A DNA stretch of 62,990 nucleotides, counting the filler, from Choristocarpus tenellus KU-1152 (Eukaryota > Protista > Phaeophyceae), in NCBI GenBank assembly GCA_964200185.2. It is 12 parts of 12 records of this genome, joined end to end, with 100 filler letters (N's around TTAATTAATTAA, not from the genome) between each part and the next. Parts side by side here need not be neighbours in the genome. Positions count along the whole stretch, not along the records: positions 19,899 to 25,236 come from CAXNAD020011100.1; positions 25,337 to 31,668 come from CAXNAD020008364.1; positions 31,769 to 50,063 come from CAXNAD020000568.1; 9 more parts are not named here. The stretch is one strand, 5' to 3'. The position numbers and the translations under genes are program-made. Below the pieces are notes generated by a model. It saw only the letters and a program-made list of their open reading frames with translations. It did no database searches and was not told the DNA's origin. This document shows positions 24,531-37,187 of the stretch, piece by piece (within the stretch, counting starts at the first letter, position 1; the number at the start of each line of letters is the position of its first letter).

Positions 24531-27500
24531 TCTGGGTACGGCATATTTCTGTGATTCATAGCATATTGCGGCTCTCACTTGTCCACATTTTTCTCAATTA
24601 TTCACATTGACACTTCTAAGGTTCTGCTATGGATAAGACCTGGATCAAGGATAAGCCTAGCCACAGATGGCTGGGATGTTTTTAAGGTACAGGGTGGAGA
24701 TGTGGGGAAGGTCTCGGGACTGGGAACAGGTTTGTGTTCTTGTTCTCTCTATTTTTACTTTTACAATGTGCACTTTGCAGGTCCTGCTTATTCTACATCG
24801 CACTCGTAACAAAATAATCTGTACCTAAATTAATGTGTTTGACAGTTGTTGCCTCTCTATGGTTTGTCTGTAATGTGCAGAGTTGGACTTAGACCTGATG
24901 AAGGGAAGGTGGGGTGACAAACATCCAGCAATGACATCATTGGAGGCTTGGTGTCGAAATCACGACTGGAAGGTTTGTTAGTATAACTTCCTTAGTTTGA
25001 CCATCCATGATTTGATTAAAACGTTGGCATCATGATTGATATTAGTATGTGGTAGAATGTGACATGGAAAATTTTGATGGCACCATGATGTGATGCATGT
25101 GTTTAGTTCTCACGTTGTGAGCATCTGTGCCTGTACTTGTTGATATGTCTCCCGGCAGAGAGACCCATTGTCACACACACCTTCTAAACCGTCAGTCGCT
25201 CCCACTTAATCTGCTACTTCCGTTATCTTCTCCAGCNNNNNNNNNNNNNNNNNNNNNNNNNNNNNNNNNNNNNNNNNNNNTTAATTAATTAANNNNNNNN
25301 NNNNNNNNNNNNNNNNNNNNNNNNNNNNNNNNNNNNGAGTCAGGACTTACTTGGACCTCACACTCACCCATGCATCACCCTAATGTCGTACTTCTATTTC
25401 CTTTCTACCTTGCCTGGTAGATGGTTGTTTGAGGCTATATGTGCTGCTGAATATTCTGTGTCCTTTTGAGGGTTGCCTGTGTGTAGGCTATTCATGCATT
25501 GAAGGTAACAATTAATTTGAGAAATAAAACACACTTTTTTGGGATACTTTGCTGACGAATGTGTTTGGTTGTCAGTCAACACACACTCACACGGTACCAT
25601 GAAAAAAATAAATGGAACATAATTGACCTTTTCTTCTTACTATCTGTTGCTGGTTCTGACAGAGACAGCAATGCAAAGTGAAAGAGCACACAGCCTCATG
25701 TGGATAGTAACTGTATTGTATCGCTTCAGATTTGTTCCCCCCCCAGATTGACCCAAAATGGTTCGCGTCAACCTGCAATAGTTTCACAGCACACCCCAGA
25801 ACATACCACATACAAGTCTACTCTTTGTTGGTTTTCCTGACCAGCATGAGAAGCACCTCCTTCCTAGTTGTTTCAAACAGCCATCATGGAGTTTGTATTA
25901 TGTGTTCGGGCATTTCCCCTTCCCCCCCATCCCTCGCATCGCAGCAGTAAGAGAACAATCAAAAGGATATTTTCCCCCCAAGTTATAAATATATCATCAC
26001 AAAATGACAAGATGGAAAGTAGTGATGTATGAATAAAAATCATGTCTTAATCTTTAATTACTCCTCACTCAGCCAGAATAACATGCTTAAAAGTTCTAGT
26101 TTATGACATGTGAGACAGGGTGGGTTTGAGATGGATTTTTTTTGTTCTTTTTTTCTGTTGACTAGCATAACCGAGACAGCCCAACACCACACTTCCCGCA
26201 ATTATGCACCAATCAATTGATTACACCCTATGTCCATGACCTAAGATCACACACATCCCAAAGCTATGAGTCTTGCTATTGGCGAGATAATTTATCAACC
26301 CAGCAAAGACCAACTGCCTGGCTTACCTGGAACAACTTTACGTATGACAGTGCTATTTTGAAAGAGGTGAAGGGAGACACACATGCACACACCACACATA
26401 CACCAGCCAGAACTAAACACACGTAGCATTAAAGCTCAACCGTTTCTTTAGCAGCAAACATTTGGAAAAGCAAAAGCTTGACATAATCAGGCTTTGGTAG
26501 ATACAACCTTAGGAAGGGCGGGAAAGAGGGGGTTACGACCTGATGGTCTCTGACTGACAGTTTCAGTTAGATGTAACATTTCCACCACCTCACAGCATAA
26601 TACATCTTTTCCATAATCAATCCACTCACTCAATTCAATTCCATCTTTGAGTGTTGGACAAAAACCTTTCCTCAACGACCAGCCTACTTTTTTTTTTATA
26701 GGCAGCAGTAGTAACATGAAAGTCATCACCACCTTGCATGATCTTTTCATACAAGAGGACAGCTAAGCTCTTCATATCAAAACTATCCACAAATAACTTT
26801 CTATCACACACACACCAATGGCAACAGGGAGTGAAAGCTAGCACAAAGCAAAGCAAGCAAGCACATCGACCATATGAACATATCGCACAGTGGCCACAAT
26901 GGTTTTTGCACTGCCCCAAACACACACAAACAAAATGTGTATGTATGCTCAAGTGTTCAACATACACCCTCTCCCAACGAAAAAGCTACAGATGTCTCCT
27001 GGTAACCACATTACGGTTTACGCCTGTGTGTGTGTGTGTGTGTGCGCGCGCGCCCGCGCATTCGACAGTCATGGGTTCCACATGCATCTTGCCACCTTGA
27101 ACATCAATCAACAAAGGGAGATTGATCATGAGACCGTTTGCTTGTTGAGAACCACACACCACAATCACGGACACACTCACTCATGGGAAAATTGAAAACC
27201 CTTCCTCCCTCACAATCCCTTCAACTTAGTGTTCCCTCAAAAAGCGCCTTACTACCGCTGACAACTCCCCTCACACTTCTGCCTCAACTACGATAAAATA
27301 AGACATCATTTCAATGACCCTTTTCCGCCCTCCTCAACACCTTTCCGATCTCGTTTTTCTCTTTGCACAGAAGAGTCTCATCAAGATTAAGGGTTAGGGA
27401 GCACCGCCAAAGGTCAACATTTACACCAGCAGACAGAATACCAAGAACCTAGCCACTAACCCAATAGGAGTACTCGATTCACCCCACAACATTCTTCCCC

Positions 27501-28526
27501 CTCTTGGTGTCGACACGGCGGCTCCACGACCAGCCACAGAACAATGGGTTCCATTGCCAGGTCCTTCTAATAACGCCTTAGTCGGCATCAGAACAACCTA
27601 CACAAGAAAGAACAGAGCACGACACAATCCCTATCCCCCCAACAGAACCTCAATTCGCGACCCTAATCCCCCCTTCGTGCAGGCTGCTCTCTAAGAACCC
27701 TCACCAGAACGTAAAAGTGCCTCATTGCAACAACAACTGTCCTCATAATTCTTTGCCAATCCTTTGGACAAGTGGTCAACCTTTTTTCCTAGTCATGCCA
27801 AGATGGAGAGTGCACACGATATGATCAGAGCATATATACACCAACAGGTCGGCTTAGACGCCACGTTGAGCCATGACCCTTTTCCCCTGCAAAACTCTCC
27901 CACAACCTCACTCTGCCCATGAATTCCACATCAAGATCACATGGCAATGGCTCAGCACCAGCAGTGCAAATCCACCAATCATTTCGGGCGACTGGTCAAC
28001 CTCTGAGCTATCCCAACTCCTGCAACACAAGCAAGTATTTCCCTTCCTCCACCAATACCGCCCCCACCCAAGACTCCTTCCTTTGAAGAGCCTACACAAG
28101 TCCAAAGTGCACATCAGGCATGGATAGAGGGATCAATCGAAGTACTGGTTCAATATGCCCTAACCCTGCAAGGTATAACTTCCTGATGTCATCAAACAAT
28201 GTAAGGGTCAACATCAACCCACCAAACAAACTATCCTAATATTTAAAACCTACATTCCCTATCAAAAGATGGCCCTGATACGACAGCGGAACCCTCCCTC
28301 TGCCCCCATGGCCTTGAACCACTTTTGTGTGGCAATACTCAAAGTCCAAGGAGCTCCAGAACAAATCGTCTTATCCCCCATCCTCCTGTCTCCCAAAACA
28401 ACCACCTACGCCGAAGACGATGACTGCCTTGAGCTTGCACAGACCATGTGTCGATACAAGAGGAAGGAGGTACAGGCATGAAAAGGTATCTATGTGATGG
28501 TACAGAGGGGCAGAAGCTATACTGCC

Positions 28527-31325
28527 TCAGTTCTTCTTGGGGGCCTGTTGGTACCACCATGTAGTGACCAGACAATCAACACACACAACGTAGACATGTA
28601 GCAAGGACAGCCGATGGAGGGAGGGGGAGGGGGAGGGGGTGGTTAAGATGAATGCAATTGAAGACACGAACCCAACACCATCAGGTCATTACACTAGCTT
28701 CCATTAAATTTACCCACGTACAGATGCATAATATCATACCAACATTCACAAGCGAGATCGTTTAGAAGAAAAAACAAATATCGAAACACTAGTAACATTA
28801 AAAAAAACACCATATATAGCAGTACCCAGAAACTTCTACCTAAACTAATAATAATAATAATAAAAAACACACACACACAAACACACCTCAATCCCCCAAG
28901 TGAAGTTAAAACGTACCCCGATCAACAAGAACTTCTTCCTTAAAATCCCACCTGGTTGTACTTGGTTTTGTCCTTTTTCTTTTTCTTCTTCGCATCTCCG
29001 GCAGACGCCTCCTTCGCCGCTGCTGCTGCCAACGCCTTCGCCCCAGTCGGAGGGCCAACAGACTTCTTCTTTCCCTGAAGGTCAGTGGGGATGGAGGGGG
29101 ATTTATGAACAAGGTCAAAAAGGGACTACTTCTACAACAAATGCTCCCCCTGTCCCATGTAAATCTGTTTTTTTTTAATGCATGTACCTCTTCGGGATGA
29201 CCTACCGATTTCAAAAAACAAACAAACTGATTTTTGTGTCGTTGGATTCCTCATAACAATTTTTACGTAAGAGATGAGTTGTATTAAAAAAAATATATAG
29301 AAAGGTCTGGACCGTTTTGAAACAGAGGCTACTCATCTTCTGTTTTGGAACGTAATACTCCCTGTACCATGAGTCTGTTCCTTCATGCATGCAACTCTCT
29401 GGGATGACCTCCGATTTCAAAACGGATTTTTTTTCATTAGAATACTTTTTTCATTTTTTTTTTAGTAAATTAATAATAAAATATAATTAATAGTCAACGC
29501 CTCCTTGTGGGCCCATGCCCGCCTCGCCTAACCTCTGTTTCATATTTCCAGAACAATTTCAGGATGTATGTTTTTCAAGTACTACTCATCTTACGTAAAA
29601 TTTTTCTGAGGAATACACCGCAAAAAAAAACATTATTAAAAAATAAATAAATCAGTAGGTTATTCCCGAAGAGTTACATGTATAAAAAAAACAAACAGAT
29701 TTACATGGGACAGAGGGAGCATACATATGCTTTAAAGTCACACTATTCCTAGAGCCAATTCTGTCCAATACTTTGTGAGACACATTTAACCACATCGGGC
29801 AAAAACGTTCTGGAGACATTTCAACATCCCTGACACCCAGTCGTGTCCTCTGGTCCAGGAATGCGAAGCCTATAGGTAGAGTCCAACAAAGCAAGTAATA
29901 GAAATGTTCTTTCAACTCAAGCGCTGCACCTGCAAAGGCCTGCCTGCAAGGGCCAACGAGGGCTCGTGACAACGGTCTAATGTGTCTGTCCTGTCTCTCT
30001 CGGGTCCAGAACCTTTTGGGGTCACCCTTACCTTTCATAAAGCTGAAAACATTACCCTGTACATTTGATCTTCAACTTCAACGCCTGAACACTTCAAACC
30101 AGTACCACCACCCCTTTGGCAAACCACGTACATCACATTTGATGTCACAAGTAGGTTGAATTGAATCCCTCCCTCTAGTGAATTATGTTCGTGAGGATCT
30201 AATTGGACAAACCACCAACCCTGATCTGTACACGCACACCACCGGGGTGTTGGAAAACTTGTCTCACAAACCAACCCTCTCTCAGAAAAAAAAATAAAAA
30301 CGGACCAAAATGCACATAGAACTCAGATATTACAATAGGAAAGGCCAACCGATTTGTCAGAGATTCCAAAGAGTGGGAACATACACGCCAAGTTTATGAG
30401 GGGTAAAATAGAATTGAGGATGGATTCACACTATTGGCTGAAGAGGAGCTCATCAATCGTACTCTGTATGTAATACTAACCCTAACCCTAACTCGAATGC
30501 GATATTATGCATGGCATTCATTCCCCTTGCCTAAGAGTTACACAACATCACATTCCAAAAAACTGTATTTCCTTGCCACTACACCATACCCTAACCCCCC
30601 CCGCCTCACCCTTGAATTCCACCACTATTGATATTTTCATTTTTCAACACATTATTTCCTTCCAATCTTTCTCTTTTTCCTCACTCACTCACTCACTCAC
30701 TCCAACCCAACACCACAGAGACTATTCCATTGGTGCAAATGCTAACGTTCACACAACAGCAGTGTCCCCATACACCCTAACCCTGACCAATCACACGGAA
30801 CTCCCATCCATCACCTATTCCATTGGCCCAATCAATATCGCTTTGTAAATTGCATTTCTCACTGTAACACCCCTAAACCTATAATTCTACTTGATACACA
30901 GTTACACAGTAGTCCTCTAAGCAGACTATTATCGTTTACACAATTCTCGATTTTCCAACCCTTTCCCTAACAACAATTTTTTTACACAAAAATCTTCCGA
31001 TTTTCCAATATTTTCACGGGAATGGGGGGGGGGGGGTGTAGGAACATTCCCACAACACCGAAAAATTTCATGTTTTAAAATTTTATTTTTCATCTTTGGA
31101 AACACACCATGCCATGCCATGCCCGTAAGGTAAGCCGAGAGTGTGATCATCGTTCTGCAGGACTTAGAGATCCCTAACCCTAGCACACACCTTGGTCCTC
31201 AGGGCTGCTGAAATGGGTTTCACAACCACAACCTGTTCCTCGCCCCCTTTCCCCTCACCACCCTTATCCTTATCCTTATCCTTGTCCCCTCTAGAGGCTG
31301 GTGCACTCCCAGAGGCTCCTCCCGC
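28527..31325 (-). CDS. 3' end of a Lys-rich uncharacterised protein
   Basis: Three phase-0 GT-AG exons: 31325-31191 (AGGASG...KPISAALRTK), 29074-28952 (GKKKSVGPPTGAKALAAAAAKEASAGDAKKKKKKDKTKYNQ), 28544-28527 (APKKN*). Confidence 0.7.
29141..29722. mobile_element. Long-TIR MITE with Stowaway/Tc1-mariner-like termini, intronic
   Basis: ~70-bp imperfect inverted repeats atgctccccctgtcccatgtaaatctg...gatttc and atcagtagg...cagatttacatgggacagagggagcat; partial internal copy at ~29356-29425. Confidence 0.7.
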
Positions 31326-32062
31326 CTGGCTCATCAGAAGAGGCATACACACACACACACAAATCATCAGAAGAGGCATACACACACACACGAATCATCA
31401 GAAGAAGCATACACACGTACACCAAAGATCCGTCAAAAACGTGGGGGATGGAGAGTAGGGATAAAACCTGCAGGGCATGAATGAAACCTGTCTTCGGAAA
31501 AAAAAAATCTCTATACATTGGATAAACAATGCAATATTTTTTTTTTTTCTTACAAACTGTAAAAAAGTTAAAATATATATATATTCTAACGAGAGGTACA
31601 AACCAACTGCAGGAGAGCAGGGGGGAGGTGGGTTGGGGGAAAACAGGGGTTTGGTAGTTTGGTGGAAANNNNNNNNNNNNNNNNNNNNNNNNNNNNNNNN
31701 NNNNNNNNNNNNTTAATTAATTAANNNNNNNNNNNNNNNNNNNNNNNNNNNNNNNNNNNNNNNNNNNNGGTTGAGGATGTGGCTGGTATAGGTACAGCAG
31801 TACAGACAGCACCTTTTCACGAGGGTATTGTATTTTTTATAATAAAAAAAAGGATCTACACTACTTGAAAAAAAAATGCTACATTTCCTTATTATTATTA
31901 TTCTTTTAAAAAAGCTCCCGTTATTCAGTAAGCGCTCCGGAGTTACCGTTCTTAAAAAAACAAAATACCATCCCTTCCAAAAATCCAAAATATGGTTTTC
32001 CTCCTTTTTTTTCCCTCCCCCTCCCCCTCCCCCTCCCCCTTCCTCTTTTCCTTATCCTTCCT

Positions 32063-32347
32063 TCACCCCAGCAGGCCCTTCCTCTTGATTCTGTTTGAAA
32101 AATAGAAGAGCACCCCGTCCAGCATGCTCGACACCGCGAACGCTCCCCCGGCCACAGCGCAGAGCCTGATGAGCAGGTGGGAAAGCGGCAGCGAGGGCGA
32201 GGGCCTTACCTCTACCATGAAAGGAGACACATCGTACACAAAGAACACACCTAGCAAGAGGTGGGGGACGAGAGAGGGTGGAGAGGAAAAAGGTCTGATG
32301 GGAACAAACGTCTTCGTAGTAGTTTCTTTTTTTGTTAACAAGATAGG

Positions 32348-32401
<54 letters not shown>

Positions 32402-35400
32402 GGTTATTGCAGTCAATTTTACAGGGGCCTTATGATAGAACGTAAAAAATAAAATGACACAAAACCATTACAAAAAACGAGACAAATGTGATGCTACATT
32501 TTTTTCATGTAAAAAATAAATAAATATATATATATATATTTACCTGTATCTTTGAGATTTGACCATCTGTTGTGAGTCACTTGCAGTTGCATATGTACAT
32601 GGAATATTCCAAGGCCACGAACACGATTTCATTTGGGTATCTTTTTGTGAGGTGTAGCTCTCTTTGTGCGGGGAAAGCTTCCCGGGGAGATGGGATGGTC
32701 TTGGCATTCTTCAACAGATGGAAAAAAAATCCCTCTCTTTTATTTTCCTCTCTCTCTCTAACCCCTCACCCAACATTTTATCCCTTAATGTACAACTTAA
32801 TTTTTTTTAAAATATATATATAGCAGTCAGTGCTTGTCCCCCTTCCAAGGTCGACAAACCCAATCACAAAAAAATAAAGCCGGTTAGTTACAAGACGGTG
32901 CGTGTGTCAACAAATGGAGACCCCTTCCAAGGTCGACAAACCGATCACAAAAAAATAAAGCCGGTGAGTTAGTGTATACGAGCAAGACGGTGGGTGTGTC
33001 AACAGATGTAGACTGCCCGTTTCCCTCATCCTCCAAAACTCCCATCGTGCTTGACGCGGTTTGCTAGCAACACGGTAGCTGATTGGTCAATGACCTTACC
33101 TGGAAGTAATAACCGCTGCTGATTGGCTGGCTCCGACTCAGTCGCTTCCCCATGAGCCTCATGGTGGATTGGTTCTGGATGGTCTTGGTGATACTCTGTG
33201 AATCCAAAAATTGAGCGAAACCTCTGCGTGTAAGCAAATTGGCAATGACTCATGTTCGTTGCCATCAACTGCCCCCCTGCTGTGTCACCATCCTTGGTTA
33301 TAGTTCTGTCCTCCTCCATCCCGGCTGGGTACACTGTAGGCACCAGCTTGATGAAGTACTGAAACAGACCAGTACCTACCTCTGCAAGGAGTGGGTTGTG
33401 GGTTGTGGGTTGTGGGTTGTGGGTTGTGGGTTGTGGGGTGAAGGACCGCAGAGATTGGAGAAGGAGGAGGACAAAACTGCAAGCCTTCCATGTGGAAGCA
33501 CGGGATGCCTAACAGGTGACAGGGTTACTGGTTTGAATTGACGCCTTGCAAATAATCTCGAAAACTGTCAACCACCAGCAGGGGGAGGGGCGTGCGGTAC
33601 TTGCATCTTCTCAACATTAACTCAACATTACAATCCGCACATGTAGTAGCGTCAGTAATCATCTCGGTTAAGACACATTTCCATGAGATTCAGGAGGGTG
33701 GACCAGTAATACAAGGTTCCTTTGAGTCATCAAGTCAGCATGGTTGAAGCATTGGGTACAACAAATACCACAGCACTATACGTCAAAGACAGAGCACTGG
33801 TGTGGTGAAACACGTGGTTCTGTAACCGCTATGTATACAATTAAGGCTTTGGGGGGAGGGTTGGCGGTGGGGGGGGTGGGACTCCAACCAAGTATCGCGC
33901 TCTCCCGAATACCGCTAAGTGTCTGTAACAGTAGCAGTTGAAGATGCAGTAGGATCGTCCAGGTCAGACTGTTGCGCCTTGGACATTGGTAGCCAAAGTT
34001 GTAAGGCACAACAGGTAGATCTGCCGCAAGGTTGAAGGGTTGCAAGACCATACAAGCGTAACACATGGACCCCAAAACAGACAGGTCTCCTGACAGGCCG
34101 TAAGAGCGAGACTCATGGCCAAGTAGTGTGGTGTTGTGCAATGCTGCACACAAGCATGATTCTGCGAGGTCCCTTCACAGGAATATGACACACAAGAGTT
34201 ACCTTCAGTGCTCTTTAGCCTGTAGCTCTTGCCCAGAGCCATGGATGGGAAGAGGTTGTGTTAGCAAGAGGTTCAGGAATCACACACTCTAATTTCCATA
34301 GGAAAGGGATTTGTACAAAGGTGTTGTGCATACACGGATGCCCATACCTCGATCAATGACCCTCTCCAAACCGTCAAGGGGGTTGCTCCATCCCATTCCT
34401 GGGTAAGGATCGCCAAAGGAGAGTTGGTGTATGCTGTGGCTGACATTAAATGTCTTGGCCTCCTCTGCATTGTATTGGTGAATGTGGCGTCCCATTCGCA
34501 TCATACCTTCCCCCGCCGCCACATGGAAATTGCCTGCCACCTTGGGTGGGTGAGAGTTGCGATAGCTTGTGAGTGGCGAGAGCTTGGGGGTGCCACAGAG
34601 TGTACCCTGATTGCTATGGAACATTTCCATGTCCCTTCACAGATTGCAACTCTGAGTGAATGGAGAGAAAATCAGTTAAAACTGCATCTACTCAGTCTGA
34701 TCCATTGTGATGTGAGCACTGCATGTGCTCTTTGGGTACTTGATGGTATTTTTCACCGAAGGGTAAGGCCTTGAGGCCTTGTAAGGGGAATGGTGATCTC
34801 ATTTAGCCTGTAGTATGTACTATTACGACATCAGTAATGGATGGCAGTCCACAAATGCTGCCTGTCTTCTTTCATTTTGCAGATACAGCCAATCCCACAG
34901 AAACAAGTATCCTCAAACTATATCTTCTTCCCCGCAGGACTCAAGTCCTCACTCCTACTACAGTGTGACACAATACATACGTATGTATATATTGGAGTAT
35001 GCCGAGAAGGTGAAGTGGCTTCAAATGAAGAGTACCATACATTGCACATCACATCACATCACAGCAGAGACAGAGCGACTGACATCTCTTAAGGCAAAAG
35101 AAATCCCCATGTGGACAGGGACTTCACATTTCAGCGACCATCCTGCCCCCACCACAGGCAGAGGCCATGGTTTGCAAGTGCTATCATAATAAGTCTTCCC
35201 TAATCGCTACAACATCATTAGATATCTTCAAAACAGACTATCCAAACTGGTTACCTTGTTCACTAGCATGAACCCTGAAAGTCGACATCCCTCGCCCTCC
35301 TCAAGTGGGGTCTCAAGGTGGTTTTCTCGAATACACTGTAATCCCGTAGACCAGGCCACATTCCACACGGTATCAATGGAGAGAGGGACGAGGGAATCAA

Positions 35401-36999
35401 CACTTCATAGCTTCTATAGAAGAGGAAAATATCCGCACTTGGCATCTACCTTCAATACTATGTGTGCTTGGTACTTTTCGGATGAGTGAGGGGGGTATCG
35501 CAGGCAAAAAATCTCCTCCTACAACAACCTCTGGTAATAAGAGAAAAAAAACATGTACTGCAACACTGCGTTGTTGGTGACATGAAATAAATGAGGGCGG
35601 TGCCTCCTTGTGGTATAACAAGTTCTTAGTCACCCTACAATATATGGTGGGACATGTGGTATAACAAGTTCTTAGTCACCCTACAATATATGGTGGGACA
35701 TGTGGTGTGTTCCGCATCAAAATTCCCTACCTTGCAACGAATTCTCCTTGCAGTACAGTCAATAAACTTGCATAGCACCTATTAAGTGTAGGCTATCTAT
35801 CACCTGCTCAGCTGTTCGACGGATTTCATGTGCCGTCCACCCCTTCTTGATGTACAGCGCCGAGAGCTCCTTGCAAGTGTTGCAGCAGCCATCTCCTGCC
35901 CCATAGCAGCTACCGCAGTAGTCCGAAGGCACCTCAAGGCTCGGGTCACCTTTGCTTGGCTAGAGGAGGGGAGGATCAAGGTGGAGAGTGTTGGGGTGCC
36001 TCTTCTTTAAGTTGCACACGAGTCGTGAGCGTTGGGGCGTTGATGTGCATTCTCAACGCAGCCAGTGCGCACATAATGGACCTTTGCTTTTTTTTATTCC
36101 TGTGAGTTGTTCACAATCTCCTCCTGCTAGAATTCAAGGATAACTCCTTTCTACTGTGCAATGACGTGGGAGTCGGGCATACCTCATCATTATAGAGGGA
36201 AAAAGGAAAGCTGTCGAGCATGTTATGGTGTTAGACTGCGGGAGGAAGATACCTACTAGAGGATGGAAATAATTCTTACAACTTCTCTAAAAGCATCTCC
36301 GACAGCAATCCCCGACGATGTCAGCCGTTGCTTGAGCATGCCATGTTCGATGTCCATTTGGTTCTCTCCAGCCACATCCATCGCATCCAAGTGCAGGTCG
36401 AGGCAGGAAATGGCGTGAAATGTCTGCATGAGTACGACAGAGCACAGCTGTAAGCGGGATTTTCATTTAAAAAGTATCCTTTGATGTAGACAAGAGCATC
36501 CCACGAGACTTGAATACAACGTTTCAGGTAATGAGGAGAAACACAAGGTTTGGTAGTTCTGGACCTAAACTATTTCGTACCCCTTTGCAGCAATTTTTTG
36601 TGTTTTTTGTGCATATAGGATGCGAAAAGATAATGGGCCAGCACAAATCCCACGTACAATGTTGAGGTTAATGCGGAGCTTCTGGCCCATGGTCGGGTCT
36701 ATGACGAGATGTTCTCGGTCTGGTATTTTCTCCAGGTAAGCAGACACCTCTCCCCACACCATGAGCAGCATGAGAATCCAGAAGCCAACGGTGACAGCGG
36801 CTCCACTCTCGGTCTTGACACCAAGGTCCTCATCGACCCTGGCATAAACATCGAACATCTTCACCTTGCGGACGAGGGCACTGTCTTCGGAATCAGACTG
36901 CGCGACCGATTGACGGCTACCATATCCCCCCGTTTGTCGCCGTCGGAAACCGTCACGATCCTCTCGTTCAATAAAATTGGAGTATCCATTTCCCTCCAT
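32063..36999 (-). CDS. ERGIC3: ER-Golgi intermediate compartment protein 3 (Erv46 family), 461 aa, 7 exons
   Basis: Exons 36999-36658, 36423-36280, 35959-35804, 35335-35255, 34540-34348, 33381-33100, 32250-32063 (1386 nt, all GT-AG, in frame). Motifs FDVYARV, DAMDVAGE, YCGSCYGA..CCNTC, EGCRLSG..VNKVAGNFH, FQYFIKLVPT, LPGVFFVYDVSP, LCAVAGG; two TM segments. Confidence 0.96.
32838..33013 (+). repeat. ~82-bp imperfect direct duplication (intronic)
   Basis: ccccttccaaggtcgacaaacc..atcacaaaaaaataaagccggt...caagacggtg.gtgtgtcaaca occurs twice. Confidence 0.9.
33393..33437 (+). repeat. (GTGGGTT)n microsatellite next to an ERGIC3 acceptor site
   Basis: About 6 copies; (GA)n also at 32358-32398. Confidence 0.9.
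35609..35706 (+). repeat. Perfect 46-bp tandem duplication (intronic)
   Basis: tgtggtataacaagttcttagtcaccctacaatatatggtgggaca x2 + tgtggt. Confidence 0.95.
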
Positions 37000-37187
37000 G
37001 TGTCACATCCACCTTAGAACACAATAGAGCACCTGGGGTGTGACGGTATGCTGCACTCAGGTTACAAGTTACTTGGACATATAGATCCTGGGAGTTGTCA
37101 ACAAACCTGCGAGGCGTTTTTGAAACGGTTTGTGGGTACTACTTACTTTTCTGTGTGTTATATATACGTAGGAACATTAATACTACA
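37000..37187. promoter_or_regulatory. Putative bidirectional promoter region
   Basis: About 190 bp between the ERGIC3 ATG (36999, -) and the first plausible ATG of the + strand gene (37188). Confidence 0.4.

Noticed and set aside
33900-34250. Possible tyrosine-recombinase (DIRS/Ngaro) remnant in an ERGIC3 intron
   Set aside because: No intact HSxRxG or catalytic Tyr motif recoverable.
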